A stretch of 41,938 nucleotides of DNA from a virus. The notes below the pieces were generated by a model that did no database searches, was not told where the DNA came from, and saw only the letters and a program-made list of their open reading frames with translations. This document shows positions 24,801 to 34,687 of the stretch, piece by piece. The stretch lies in the UHGV virus genome UHGV-0203144; one strand, 5' to 3'. The position numbers and the translations under genes are program-made. Every line of letters starts with the position of its first letter. Within the stretch, counting starts at the first letter, position 1.

Positions 24801-27800
24801 ATCTCAAGCACAGACCTACCGCTGTTTCTGTCCTTGAACTCCTTAAGCGCCTCGCCTATGTCTGTGTCGTACACTGCGTTGCTGCCGCCGTTCTTATCAC
24901 TTTCGCCCTTAAAGGATTCATAAATGTCGTAAAGATTCTTTGTAAACTCATCCATCGCCCTTGAGGAAGCTTCCAAAGATTCCAGACGCTTGCGGAAATT
25001 CTCGATCTGTTTTTCCGCAGCCTCTATCTGTACTGTGCGGCGGCCTTCAAACTGTTCGTAATATTCAACGCTGCTTTCGGCATTTGCTCTTTGCTTTTCG
25101 GTCAGATTGCCTTTCATCTTTTCCAGCATGTTGTTTTTGCGCTCTGTATACCGTTTTAGATCATCCCGGTACTTTGCCAGTCTGTTCTCGGCGTCGGCAA
25201 TGCTCACAAGCATACGCTCCCTCTGATCCGCAAGCAATGCTGTACGTGTCAGCGTATTTATTTCCGTACCCAGCCCGAGACGGCCGATAAGCTCCTTCTG
25301 CGTGGTGGGAATATGCTTTGTCCGGCTGTTATCGGAAGCAAGCCTTATAATTCTGTCGCTTCGCTTTGCAATGTTTGATAAAAGCGCACGGCGCGTGTCT
25401 GCTTCCACAGCATCCCTGCGTCGCTTTGCATAGCTCTGCGCCGGCGGCAGATCAACGCTTTCCGTTACCAGATTTGTCTTTTCCGCCCTTGCCATGAGCT
25501 TTGTGTATGTTCCGTACTTCTGATAAACAAGCAGCTTTTCTCCGGCTTCTTTATTTCGCTCCAGAGCCTGCTTCTTTTGCTCCGTAAGCCTGCCTATGCT
25601 CTCAAGCTGCTCGTTTGTGGCCCCGGGTTTCTTTGCTTCGCGCAGCTTTGCATTGATTTCCTTTATCTCAGCTTCCGCCTTTGTCGTTGTGCGCACGGCA
25701 TCGGCATACATCAAGGCAAATGCTTTTTCGGTATCGGTCTTTGCGACAAATTCCATGGCTTCCGCCGCATCCCTGCGCCAATCCGCCGCAGTGTATGCTT
25801 CGTCGGAAACAAGTGTATCCCTTGATGTTTCGATCTCTTCCGAAAACCTCAGTTCATTCTTCTCGGTATTAAACCTTTCCGAAAGCGGGATAATGTCGCC
25901 GTTGTCGTCGTAGGTGACAAGGTCGGCGGATTTGACCTGACTTTCGGGATGGAAGAAATTATAAATATCTGCGTAGCTGTTTCCGTTATCAAAGCCGGCA
26001 TCGTGTATTTTTCTGAAGATTACACCGCTGTATTTTCCCGAATCATATATTGCCCGTGACAAGCTGCGTGTAGTTCCCGCACCGAAACCGTCAGCTCTTG
26101 ACGGCAGCGGATCGCGGCCGGGGAGATTCGGTACATATCTGTCAAATTCGTCGTCCCAGACATATTCTCCGTAAAAAACATCGTCACGGTATACGTTAAG
26201 GAAACCATCATTTTCATCCCACGTGAAACCTTCCGACTCCGGAAACGCTTTGTTTATCGCATCTTCAGAGTCAAGTGCGTCCGCATCGAGTATGTTATCC
26301 CATTGAGCGCCGTAATCGTCGATTTCATACATATTGTCCGTGTTTGCGTAAAACTCATAGTTATTAGCGCCGTTCTCCGAAATGTTTTTTCCTATCGGCT
26401 TTTTTTCGTCAGTTCCCGAATACCAGCTTGTTACGCGTTCATCATCACTCATAAAGAATGAAATTCCGTCATCGCTGTATCCGGTGTCAACCTGGGTAGA
26501 ACCAAAACCTTTTGTACCGTGATATAGCCGTTTCGCAAATCCCGCCGCTTTTGCCGCATCGTCTACAAGCTTTCTCAGCTGCGCTGCATTTTTCTTCGGG
26601 TCTTTTGCAAGTTTAAGGTATTCGGCGTCACGCTCACTGATTTCTTCGGAATTTTGCAATTTGCTATTGACATTTTCGCCGGAATCGGATATCATAAGGG
26701 TAGAGGTTGACTCATTTCCCTTTATATCTGAAGCGCTTTCAGCGTGAGGTAGGTACGAGTCAACCTCTAAATTTATGTCATAAAAGACATTTCCGAATGA
26801 CGCTTCGCCTACCCGTACAACATAATTAAATATTGTATCGTCAATTCCGAGCCTGCCTCGATAATTTTCAAATCCGCGCTCCTTGAAAAGCCTGTGATTT
26901 TTCATATCATCCGCATGCCAGTTTACGTTTGCGTTTAACAACAAGTCTTGAAGACTTGGGATTAAGCGCATTTTTTGTTTGAACACAACAGGATTGTTGC
27001 TTTTCAGGTTTTGACTGTTTTTGCTTTTTGTAAACTCATCTGCACTCAGACGTATAAACTTGACTTTTTTGCCGTCAACAGTATCAAGCACAACATTATA
27101 ATCGCGATTTTCAAGTAAATAGTCATATGCTGCTTTTTCTATTTGTTCATTGCTTTTGAGCCCGGCGAAAATGTCTTTGGATGTTTCTATACGCCAATAT
27201 TTGTTTCCGAATTTGTCATATTCCTCGGACATTTGCAAGCCGTCTTCCGAAACATTTATACCCTCTTTCTCCGCCTGCTTTTCGAGAACATCAAGATTTT
27301 CTCTTGTCTTTGCGTTCTCCGCCTCGGCGAGAGCTTTTCTCATGTTCGTTATGGAATCATAAAGCACGCGGTCATACATCTGCTGAAATTCATTAATTTT
27401 GTCTCCGAGTGCTTTCATCAGTTCCGCAGTCTCCGGGTGCAGGCTGTCAACATCCGAGTACATTCCCTTGAGAGAGTTTCTTATCCTGCGTATAAGATTC
27501 TTCAGCTTTTCGCCGATCTTTAGGTACAGAGGTGCGTTTTCCATGGCGAGCTTTTCAAGGGCTTTTGAATTTTCAAGCATTTTCTCACACGCATTCGCCA
27601 CAACTTCGTCAAGCGCGGCAGAGTATTTCATGTTTTCTTTGCCGTCCTGCGTATACATATACCGTGACATAAGGTTCTCGAAAGTTTTTGTGCCGAGTGA
27701 AGCGGTTATATATTCTACAAGCTCCTGATATCCCTTAAGATCTCCCTCCTTTAGGCTGTGTGTCAGCTCATGTGCAAGCGTAAACCCGAGAATTCCGCGC

Positions 27801-30800
27801 ACACTTGTACGCTTTGAATACGATGCATCAGCCCGTAGGTATATCGTATGTGTCGATGCGACATAAGCACCGTTTACAGTATCCCTTGCCTCGACCCCGT
27901 TTATTGTTTTTTTGCCGGAATAGAATTCTATATCGTATCCGAGTTTCGCAAGAACCTCCGCAATTCTGAGGACATTTTTCGCACTGCGTTTATCCTGACT
28001 CTTATGAAGCGTATCAGTGCCGCGGACTTCGCCTTCGGCTTTCCCGCTTCTTCTGTTTTGTATAATCTTCTCAGCTTTTTTCTGTACATTGTCAAGATGT
28101 ACAGCTTTTGCCCTCTCTTTAAGTCCCTGAGCGTATGCAGCCTTTTTGATGTAATCTTTTGTAATTGTATCTAAATCCAAATTCATTTCAACTTCCGACA
28201 ACCGTTCGGAAGAAACGCCGAGACGTCCCATCTCCCGCGCGTGTTTCCACTCCGCGGCGAAGTACGGTGCCGCATAGTCGGGCAGCTTGGACTTTTTGAA
28301 TGCAGTAATCATTTCCTCGGCGTCCGCCTCCGGCAGTTTGGCGGCATATTTCTCATAAAAGTACTTAAGCTCTGCGGAGATCTTCACATCTTCTGACGAT
28401 ACTTCTTGTCCGTCCCCGCCGATATACGTAATATTTCCGTCACCGTCCCTACGCACCGCTTTGATCTCCTGTGAGGTCAAAGGGATATTTTCCATATCAT
28501 AGTCACCGCGGTCTATGCTGTCATTTACTTTGGCAACTTGCTCAATATTTGTCTTTTTATGTAAAACATCCGCAGTTTCGCCGACAGCGGCAATTGTTTT
28601 TTGATATTCCTCCGCGCTTAGCGACTGGATGATAAGCGCATTCATTGCATCCTGAGTATCTGTATCATTAGCAGCCATTGCCAGCGCCATCGTCACGACA
28701 ACATCTTTTTTCTGTCCAAGATCTCCCAGCCTTTGTGTAAGCTCTTCGCTTGCAACACTTTCAGCTTTCCTTAAAGTATCCGTCACGACTGATTCGGCAA
28801 GCTTCCCGTTCGCGGCGGCCTTTTTTGTTTTTTCAACAAACTGAACAATTTTCCCGAGACCGCGACGCTCCTTCACATCAGCAGTCGCTTTTTCTACAAG
28901 CCTGTCCTTGCCGATTTCCTTACCGAGCTCTACCATCTGCTGTGCAGCTTCCGTGCCGATAAGCTCCTGCCCCGTTCTTACAGCGCCCGCAGCCCTCTGT
29001 GCCTTGTTTTTTGCATAAGATGCGGCCTCAACAGTGAGCGGCACCGCATTCATCGTGGCGGCGCCGAGTGCACCGAGGAAGCCTGCATAAAGTGCATCTG
29101 CCGTGAACGGTTTGAACTCATTATCTTCGTCAAGCATAATGTTTCGGAATACCGGATCAAGAATTTCCTGCAGATATTCTTCGGTAAATTCTCCCGCCAT
29201 GTCAATGGTACCCTCTGCAAGCATGCGCAGCCCGGCTTTTTCAATGTTTTTAATAGCCGCCTCAACAGACTTTCCGGTAATTTTACCGCCCATACCGGCA
29301 ATACCGCCGAGAGCTTTTTCAAGAAAAGCCTCCGAAACACCGGTAAGAACACCGTAATTCTGCGCCCGTTCGGAAGAATACCCTTCTTCGATAGCCTGTG
29401 TATACGCCGCTGAACCGGCGGATAAAAACATCGAGCCTGCGCTCGCCGTGTTTGCTATCTCTTGAGCGGTTTTCACCGTCGCGCCGAATCCCTTTGCCGC
29501 AGCGCCTGCGGCAGCGCCTATCATCGCTGCCGGTGCGTTGTCCCCAAGAAACATACCCATATCAATTACTGTTCTGCCGAGCCTGCCGCTGTTTGCTTTT
29601 GCCTCCTCTATTGCCGACAGTTCCGTATGTTCCTTCGGATCGGGAATTGTGCCGCGAGCAAAGTCGCCTATATTTTGTATGTTTGAACCGAATTGCCCAA
29701 GTAAACCCGCCTGTACGGAATACAGTGCAGTAAGTATGGGATGCCCCTTCAAATTCTTTTCGTAGAATTCATGCCCCTTTCTTGCCCCTATACTTTCGCT
29801 GAATTCGGAATCTCGGTTCAGCAGCTGCCTGTATTCGGTAGCTGCCGTTTTTCCTTCTGTGTTTAAGATGTAGTTAAATACATTCTTTTCATCTTCGCTC
29901 ATCCCGTTTGTGATCTCATCGTAAGAAGCGCTGAGATCAAAAGCAGATTCAGGAGTTCCGCCGCCGAAAAATTTCTTTTTGGCAGTTTCGGAGGTTGACA
30001 GAGGCGAAGAATCAAACCGCAGGCTTTCTTTCTCCTCATCTCCGATTTTTGATTTTTCCTTAAAGTCTTCCTTGCTTTTTGCATTGTTGATTATGGCAGA
30101 CACCTTGTAGTCCCGCGCAACATCATCTGTATACGCTTCGCCCTCGTTTATGGCATTCCAGTCGTCCATGGTGATGCGCTGAGACGCAAGATAGCGGAGA
30201 TAATCCTTCTCCTTTTGCAGAGTGTCCCTATCGGCTTCAATGTAGTTGTACCCGGTGCGCTCCGTAGCTTCAAATTTCTGCTGCTTCTTTTTTTCTTCGG
30301 CAGTGGGCGTGTCGGATCCTCCGGCGGTCATCTTGTAGTTGTAGATCGTCGGATCAATCTTTGAAAAGTCAAGAACCCTCTGTTTTTCCTCTCCTGCAGG
30401 CAATGTCTTCATAAGCTCCTGAAGCTTCAGAACGTTTTCCTCATAGTCGTCATAGCTGAGGGTGATGCCGTATTCTTTTTCGATGCGGCTTTTTTCTTCG
30501 CTGTAGGCTTTTTTGGCGTCTGCGGAGGCCTCCTGCCTTTCGGCGGCAGCCTTCGGAACGGTTATACCCTCGGCCTTGCCGATAAGCTCTATAGCGCTTG
30601 TGTCGTCGTTTACGCCGTATTTCTTCTCAATCTTTTTGTCGTCAAGATACTGCCGCAAAGCCTGCTTGCGCACATTGTATGAAGTATATGGCATTCGCCC
30701 GATATACTCGTTGTTTATCTCATCGTCAAAGCTTTCGTTCGCAATAGAGTTCAGTATTTGTACCGCCGCCAGCTTTTCGATTGCGTTTCCGGAGCCGTAA

Positions 30801-31180
30801 TCGTCCTGAATGGCGCTCATAAGCTCGCTTGCTTCCTTTCGCAGCTTTGCCGCCGATCTGCCGAGACTGTACGCGGTTGAGAAGTCGGCGTAATCGTTGC
30901 CGACCCCTATTGTATCGCCGGCGCGGTAACGTATATTCGGCGTCGCGGATTTCTTTTCTCCGCCCGAAGTATATTCCTGTGCCTGTTTTATGATACCGTT
31001 GTATCTGCTTATAATATCATTAACCTGCCGCTCCATTTCATTGTAACGGCGCTGAGCATACGCCTCATTGCGGCGGAAATTGCTTGTCGCCTCAAATCTG
31101 CCGCTTGCGGCATTGCTGCCCGTGCCCGTCGTGTCCGACGTTGCTTTCTTTCTGAAATTCTTCGTTGCTTCAAACGCCAT
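21872..31180 (-). CDS. Giant polyvalent virion/ejection protein (3102 aa)
   Basis: Gly/Ala-rich membrane-like region; zincin HELTH (27758-27772); LPD3-like domain (about 26660-27220); ART-PolyVal-like domain (LYHGT...QVKSA, about 25925-26530); long helical C-terminus. Confidence 0.85.
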   Translation of the reverse strand: MAFEATKNFRKKATSDTTGTGSNAASGRFEATSNFRRNEAYAQRRYNEMERQVNDIISRYNGIIKQAQEYTSGGEKKSATPNIRYRAGDTIGVGNDYADFSTAYSLGRSAAKLRKEASELMSAIQDDYGSGNAIEKLAAVQILNSIANESFDDEINNEYIGRMPYTSYNVRKQALRQYLDDKKIEKKYGVNDDTSAIELIGKAEGITVPKAAAERQEASADAKKAYSEEKSRIEKEYGITLSYDDYEENVLKLQELMKTLPAGEEKQRVLDFSKIDPTIYNYKMTAGGSDTPTAEEKKKQQKFEATERTGYNYIEADRDTLQKEKDYLRYLASQRITMDDWNAINEGEAYTDDVARDYKVSAIINNAKSKEDFKEKSKIGDEEKESLRFDSSPLSTSETAKKKFFGGGTPESAFDLSASYDEITNGMSEDEKNVFNYILNTEGKTAATEYRQLLNRDSEFSESIGARKGHEFYEKNLKGHPILTALYSVQAGLLGQFGSNIQNIGDFARGTIPDPKEHTELSAIEEAKANSGRLGRTVIDMGMFLGDNAPAAMIGAAAGAAAKGFGATVKTAQEIANTASAGSMFLSAGSAAYTQAIEEGYSSERAQNYGVLTGVSEAFLEKALGGIAGMGGKITGKSVEAAIKNIEKAGLRMLAEGTIDMAGEFTEEYLQEILDPVFRNIMLDEDNEFKPFTADALYAGFLGALGAATMNAVPLTVEAASYAKNKAQRAAGAVRTGQELIGTEAAQQMVELGKEIGKDRLVEKATADVKERRGLGKIVQFVEKTKKAAANGKLAESVVTDTLRKAESVASEELTQRLGDLGQKKDVVVTMALAMAANDTDTQDAMNALIIQSLSAEEYQKTIAAVGETADVLHKKTNIEQVAKVNDSIDRGDYDMENIPLTSQEIKAVRRDGDGNITYIGGDGQEVSSEDVKISAELKYFYEKYAAKLPEADAEEMITAFKKSKLPDYAAPYFAAEWKHAREMGRLGVSSERLSEVEMNLDLDTITKDYIKKAAYAQGLKERAKAVHLDNVQKKAEKIIQNRRSGKAEGEVRGTDTLHKSQDKRSAKNVLRIAEVLAKLGYDIEFYSGKKTINGVEARDTVNGAYVASTHTIYLRADASYSKRTSVRGILGFTLAHELTHSLKEGDLKGYQELVEYITASLGTKTFENLMSRYMYTQDGKENMKYSAALDEVVANACEKMLENSKALEKLAMENAPLYLKIGEKLKNLIRRIRNSLKGMYSDVDSLHPETAELMKALGDKINEFQQMYDRVLYDSITNMRKALAEAENAKTRENLDVLEKQAEKEGINVSEDGLQMSEEYDKFGNKYWRIETSKDIFAGLKSNEQIEKAAYDYLLENRDYNVVLDTVDGKKVKFIRLSADEFTKSKNSQNLKSNNPVVFKQKMRLIPSLQDLLLNANVNWHADDMKNHRLFKERGFENYRGRLGIDDTIFNYVVRVGEASFGNVFYDINLEVDSYLPHAESASDIKGNESTSTLMISDSGENVNSKLQNSEEISERDAEYLKLAKDPKKNAAQLRKLVDDAAKAAGFAKRLYHGTKGFGSTQVDTGYSDDGISFFMSDDERVTSWYSGTDEKKPIGKNISENGANNYEFYANTDNMYEIDDYGAQWDNILDADALDSEDAINKAFPESEGFTWDENDGFLNVYRDDVFYGEYVWDDEFDRYVPNLPGRDPLPSRADGFGAGTTRSLSRAIYDSGKYSGVIFRKIHDAGFDNGNSYADIYNFFHPESQVKSADLVTYDDNGDIIPLSERFNTEKNELRFSEEIETSRDTLVSDEAYTAADWRRDAAEAMEFVAKTDTEKAFALMYADAVRTTTKAEAEIKEINAKLREAKKPGATNEQLESIGRLTEQKKQALERNKEAGEKLLVYQKYGTYTKLMARAEKTNLVTESVDLPPAQSYAKRRRDAVEADTRRALLSNIAKRSDRIIRLASDNSRTKHIPTTQKELIGRLGLGTEINTLTRTALLADQRERMLVSIADAENRLAKYRDDLKRYTERKNNMLEKMKGNLTEKQRANAESSVEYYEQFEGRRTVQIEAAEKQIENFRKRLESLEASSRAMDEFTKNLYDIYESFKGESDKNGGSNAVYDTDIGEALKEFKDRNSGRSVLEMSTADLRSLDNLLAAVSASISNADKVFKAGRNATVSGYAEQVRGEVGTAEKSVKDNRFSQAVYSAGEWIKKQLFKPAERFKQTGSGTLYKMYRRLQHGEGDYARSVIKYGKFFKDQIEKYGIKEADLGKKITETVTDTRYVDGKATKEYKQVTLTVGQIMTMYGLSLRKLGLQHLVAENGGFRLEGKRLLTEKAYIVNAKAFTLDADGVHTLTSRLSNEQKEFVKALQGYMSTEMAKDRNKVTLEMYDYEGATEKNYWPIITDSSYRVKNMEKKNDRSVQLKNIGSMKETNPMATSPVILQSIETLWANHANETALYSSFTLELENIKRVLDYEFENGDAVKRLLGDKQSEGLFDFLKMVNGGIRADDVGMMKLFNLYKAAKVGANLRVVIQQPTAIVRALALIDPKYLFGSFNTSKTLTKNMGMTLEEEAMKYTSTYGIKSLGGIDIGTKGSLSEQLSDFGKNKSTRKKVESFKEKAFYGMAEQADRVTWLSLWNACKREQHDLHPELSGEALLKAAGERFDEITNETQVYDSVFSRARILSSESSYARMLTSFMAEPLTTLNMAIEGVSQIVKGNAKKGARYLASVAGAIILTNMFSSAIDALLDDDDDQSFGEKYVEALLSSLINDFNPAAYIPFYRDLLNIIQGYDAKRADMQLVSDIINRTRTIVTKWDTEKGIRNFAELWQQEVKLGSNILDALGIPMTNIWRDGSALLRLPETLKIKATKTGWKSAMEDFKTEVPFYGWRKKGMKTEDKLYYATLNKDSAYLERAVGNLTEELEGKGKSKKEIRSAIDQKIKKGLQDNDLRIAAAAQARIEGDTEEYLSCVKAVVNDGFTEKQTVSAILALENELNGDDEGVDRYISGIPYTKTDIQRELEAGNTAPLEEFYAQKFTEKSAEDDVKNPAKEARQAAANKLGNIYSERYKRAYDDGDTDECERITELLLDVEIEGYRLLKYKTIVGWKDKKLSDVEEEEE

Positions 31181-31192
31181 GCCAGCCTCCGT

Positions 31193-32311
31193 TTATTTGT
31201 TTGCGTGATTTCCGTACAGGATTATCATCGCTTTTGTTGCCTGTCTTCCGTCTATGGTATACGCCTGATATGCGTTCTTGGTGCCGTCCCATATCCAGCC
31301 GTATCCTTTCGGATCAAACCATATGTTCTGTTCGCGCCCGTTCACATTGTCTGTGTATCCGGAATTTGTCAGCTTCTCGCCGCCTATGTTGTCGGGCTGG
31401 TATCCGTTGGAGAACGTGCCGTTATCGACATCCGGGTTTTTAGTGCCTGTATAGGGACTGAGTCCTTTTTCGACCTTGACCGTTTTCCCGTTCGGGTCTG
31501 TAAACAGCATGAAACCGGTGTCCACCGTATTACCATTTTTATCTTTTGTTTTTCCAGTGCCTCTGAATGTGTAGAGTCCGACGGCATTTTCATCCGTGCC
31601 CGAGCCGTTTCCTCTTGCCTTCAGCGAATTTGAAATAGCGTCCTGCTGCTTCTGATATTCAAACTGTTCGCGTGCCAGTTTGTTTGCAAGCTCGTTCTGC
31701 TCCCGCGTGTAGCCGAAGCTGCGCTCGTCCGATTCCAGCCCCGCATATGTGCCGAGCTCTCCCAGCGCACGGCTGTATGCGTCGCCTATCTCCGAATATT
31801 CTCTGCTGTCCGCGTCTCCCAGGAGAGAAGCCTTGCTCAGCATATCCTGCCCCTCCTGGTTGTAGCGGTCCAGCGCAAGCTGATACAGCTCCGGCGTAAT
31901 GTCATTGAGCTGCTGCATATAGTTGTTGTATACCTGCTGCCCCGCAGTCTGGGCATAGCTGTTGCCGTACCCGCCCGTAAGCGCCGCTGCCTGTCCCATG
32001 GTATCCTTCATGGCAAGTTTGCCCTGCCTTGTGTAGCTGTCCTTGTACTGGTTGTATACGGGGTCGGCGTTGAAGTCGTATGTAAACTTTCCGCGGTTGA
32101 TATAGTCGTTTATAGCCTGCGCGTACTGCTGCTGATACGTGCGAGGCGCCTCAAACCGCGCGCGCTGCTTCGCAAGATCGGCAAGAGCACTGTCGGCAAG
32201 TGCGCCGTACTGCTGCTGCCTTTGCGTGTAGATCTTATCGTTCTCCGTCTGACTCGTTCTGTACCCCGTCACAGGTATCTTCTCTTTTTTCTTATATACT
32301 GTCGTTGCCAT
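31193..32311 (-). CDS. Putative DNA ejection/pilot protein
   Basis: Q/Y-rich helical region F.YD.N.DP.Y.QY...G..AM.DTMGQAAALTGGYGNSYA; lies between nozzle and giant protein. Confidence 0.65.
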   Translation of the reverse strand: MATTVYKKKEKIPVTGYRTSQTENDKIYTQRQQQYGALADSALADLAKQRARFEAPRTYQQQYAQAINDYINRGKFTYDFNADPVYNQYKDSYTRQGKLAMKDTMGQAAALTGGYGNSYAQTAGQQVYNNYMQQLNDITPELYQLALDRYNQEGQDMLSKASLLGDADSREYSEIGDAYSRALGELGTYAGLESDERSFGYTREQNELANKLAREQFEYQKQQDAISNSLKARGNGSGTDENAVGLYTFRGTGKTKDKNGNTVDTGFMLFTDPNGKTVKVEKGLSPYTGTKNPDVDNGTFSNGYQPDNIGGEKLTNSGYTDNVNGREQNIWFDPKGYGWIWDGTKNAYQAYTIDGRQATKAMIILYGNHANK

Positions 32312-32429
32312 TTTCCCGCTCCTTTTCCGTATTCGTTCTGTTCAGAATTTCACACAATTCACGCGCCCAGGCGTAAAGCTCTTCAAGGCTCGCCCCTCTC
32401 GGCGGCTCAAAATATATGTTCTCTCTCAT
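32292..32429 (-). CDS. Small virion-module protein (45 aa)
   Basis: ATGA overlap with nozzle stop, GGAG RBS. Confidence 0.6.
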   Translation of the reverse strand: MRENIYFEPPRGASLEELYAWARELCEILNRTNTEKERENGNDSI

Positions 32430-34675
32430 TCTCCCGCATACCCCGTTTCTCTGTAAATTGATATGATGCGGCACTCGCCCTCTCCCGAAAGTCTGTATCT
32501 GAAGCGGTCGCACCGCTGAGGAATAAAGAATATGTCATACGGCTCACGCCCCGTGCCTATCCATTCACCGCACGGCTCCCATTCCCCGTCGTCATATGAT
32601 GCAAAAAACGCAAGCTTTGAGCCGGTGGGGAGGATAACTCTCATTTTGACCTTTTTCAGCCTCTTTTTGTACGGGTCCCCGTATCCGATAACGCCGCTTT
32701 CCGCAAACCACTGAAAATCGCTCTCAGAGCCGCCCGAAAGCGTTTTAACGTCTCCGCTGCCCGTTACTATATAAAAGGTGTCTCCCGCGCGGCAGAAACG
32801 CCGCACGTGCAAATCGTCCTCCTTGTACCACATGCCGAGCTTTGTGTCATATACAAGCAAAACGTATTTGCCGCCGTCATCCTTTGCCGACATATAATAT
32901 CTGCCGCGGAATGCTCCGCCCACAGCGTCGTCATAAATAACATTGCCGAGAGCTGCGTCGGCTTTAACCGGCACCCCTCCGCTGTATGCAAGCACTCCGT
33001 CCGGGGAATTATAGTAAAGCACCTCGTCAACTATTGCGAGGGATTCCGAGCTGCCCTCCTTGACTCCCCTGTATTTGTACTCCGCCGTCTGAAAAGACGA
33101 CGGCGCCGTGCCGTAAACGCGTATAAGCGTGTTTTCCTTGAAAAATATCGGATACCCGCCGTACACAGCAGCTCCCGTCCATGCTCCCACGGCACCGACG
33201 GAAGCCGTCCACGAATCCATGGCGGTCCCTTCGTATTTGTACCAGTTCATTGGATCGCCGAGGGCAGAGCAGTATATCTCGTTAAGTATCTCTCCCGCGG
33301 GGTCGTTTTCATTCTTCGGACCGTAATAGCATCCCCACAGTCTGTTGTTGCATTCGATTACAAAGTCAAGCTTAGGTATTTTACGCGCCGTTTTCAATAC
33401 GACGTCGCCCGTCACCGAGCGCGTAACCTTATTTTCCGCAAATCCGTTGAGTATAAGTGCCGTGTCGGAAACGACCTTGCTTATAACATACGTTGAGTCA
33501 TATTTATCCCCGAAGCCCTCAAGCGTTATGGCATCCCCTTCCTTGTAGCCGTCAAAGGGTGCCACCGTGTAATTCCCCTGCAGATTCGTCTGCCGCTTGC
33601 CGTCCCGCATGCCTATGTACGCATACTCGCCGTCTATAAGGCTGTCGGTGGAATAAAACGAAAGATATATGTAGTTCTGCGTCTGCGCCATCCATTGACC
33701 GTACGCCGCAGACCATACATACAGCTTGCCCGTCACCGTGTCCCTCCAGCGCATACCGTTTGCGGGGTTGTCCGGCTTCTGCGTCTTGACCTCGGCCGTG
33801 GCAGCACTCTCATATGCTTTAACCGTAAGCCCCGTAACCGTAATATACCGTCCTTTGATTGCATATGCCGCAAGCCAGTCGGCGGCAGTGCCGTGACCTG
33901 TCAGCACAAACCCGCCTGACGGCACGGTTACGGAGGACTCTGCCGTGTGGCTTACAACCTTGGTCACGATGCCGGAGCTGTCAACATATACGTTGATGCC
34001 GTATTCGTTATATCCCCCCGGGGGGGTGCTGGTGATTATCACCATTTCGTTCGTTCCGCGCCCGTAGGTTTCGTTGGGTGCTCCGGTATACTTTTTGTTT
34101 GCGGTCTTACTTGACAGCGGCGAGTCGTCCAAAAGCCCCTCACTGTCGCAGGGCTGCAGCGTAAACGACGCATACCGCCCCAGCACCTCCTCGTTGGTGA
34201 CGGCGGGGTTTCTCTTTACAGATGTTTCGCATGCCAGCTTGTTTTCCGCTATTGCAACCGTGCCCAGCTGCACCGCCTGCGGGAAAGCGTATACATATCC
34301 CGCCTGCATAACAAGACGTGTGTCTGCGGCGCTGCCGCCTATTGTGCGTTCCGCAATGGCTGCGCTGCCGTCCGGCTTCAGAAATTTGACAACTGCGCCC
34401 TCTCCCGATGTTTCGCTGTCGCATACCACCGCCATATTCCCGCGGCTGAGGCCCGAAAGAGAACCGGCGGTGTCGCAGGGCTGTATATCGTACACCCCCG
34501 AGAACGGAGCAGTCCCGCGTTTGTCGCGCGTCGCAAGCATGGGATAATGCTTTCCCGTCATGTTTTTCATGTCGTAGAATTCTGCGTCCGAAATGCGCAG
34601 ATTGTGGTTATATCCCCCGAACGTGTCGACAAATTCCGTTGTCGGGTTTTGCGCATTGAGTGTCTGACCTATCAT
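32426..34675 (-). CDS. Tail nozzle / stabilisation protein (P22 gp10-like) with inserted domains
   Basis: F.GYN..L...D.EF.DM.N, NNRLWG, IY.S.LGDP.NW and beta-propeller-like repeats. Confidence 0.7.
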   Translation of the reverse strand: MIGQTLNAQNPTTEFVDTFGGYNHNLRISDAEFYDMKNMTGKHYPMLATRDKRGTAPFSGVYDIQPCDTAGSLSGLSRGNMAVVCDSETSGEGAVVKFLKPDGSAAIAERTIGGSAADTRLVMQAGYVYAFPQAVQLGTVAIAENKLACETSVKRNPAVTNEEVLGRYASFTLQPCDSEGLLDDSPLSSKTANKKYTGAPNETYGRGTNEMVIITSTPPGGYNEYGINVYVDSSGIVTKVVSHTAESSVTVPSGGFVLTGHGTAADWLAAYAIKGRYITVTGLTVKAYESAATAEVKTQKPDNPANGMRWRDTVTGKLYVWSAAYGQWMAQTQNYIYLSFYSTDSLIDGEYAYIGMRDGKRQTNLQGNYTVAPFDGYKEGDAITLEGFGDKYDSTYVISKVVSDTALILNGFAENKVTRSVTGDVVLKTARKIPKLDFVIECNNRLWGCYYGPKNENDPAGEILNEIYCSALGDPMNWYKYEGTAMDSWTASVGAVGAWTGAAVYGGYPIFFKENTLIRVYGTAPSSFQTAEYKYRGVKEGSSESLAIVDEVLYYNSPDGVLAYSGGVPVKADAALGNVIYDDAVGGAFRGRYYMSAKDDGGKYVLLVYDTKLGMWYKEDDLHVRRFCRAGDTFYIVTGSGDVKTLSGGSESDFQWFAESGVIGYGDPYKKRLKKVKMRVILPTGSKLAFFASYDDGEWEPCGEWIGTGREPYDIFFIPQRCDRFRYRLSGEGECRIISIYRETGYAGE

Positions 34676-34687
34676 GCCGCGCTCCTC

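Noticed and set aside
21872..31180. Tape measure protein
   Set aside because: No tail tube or chaperone genes; enzymatic cargo domains and P22-like neighbours indicate an ejection/polyvalent protein
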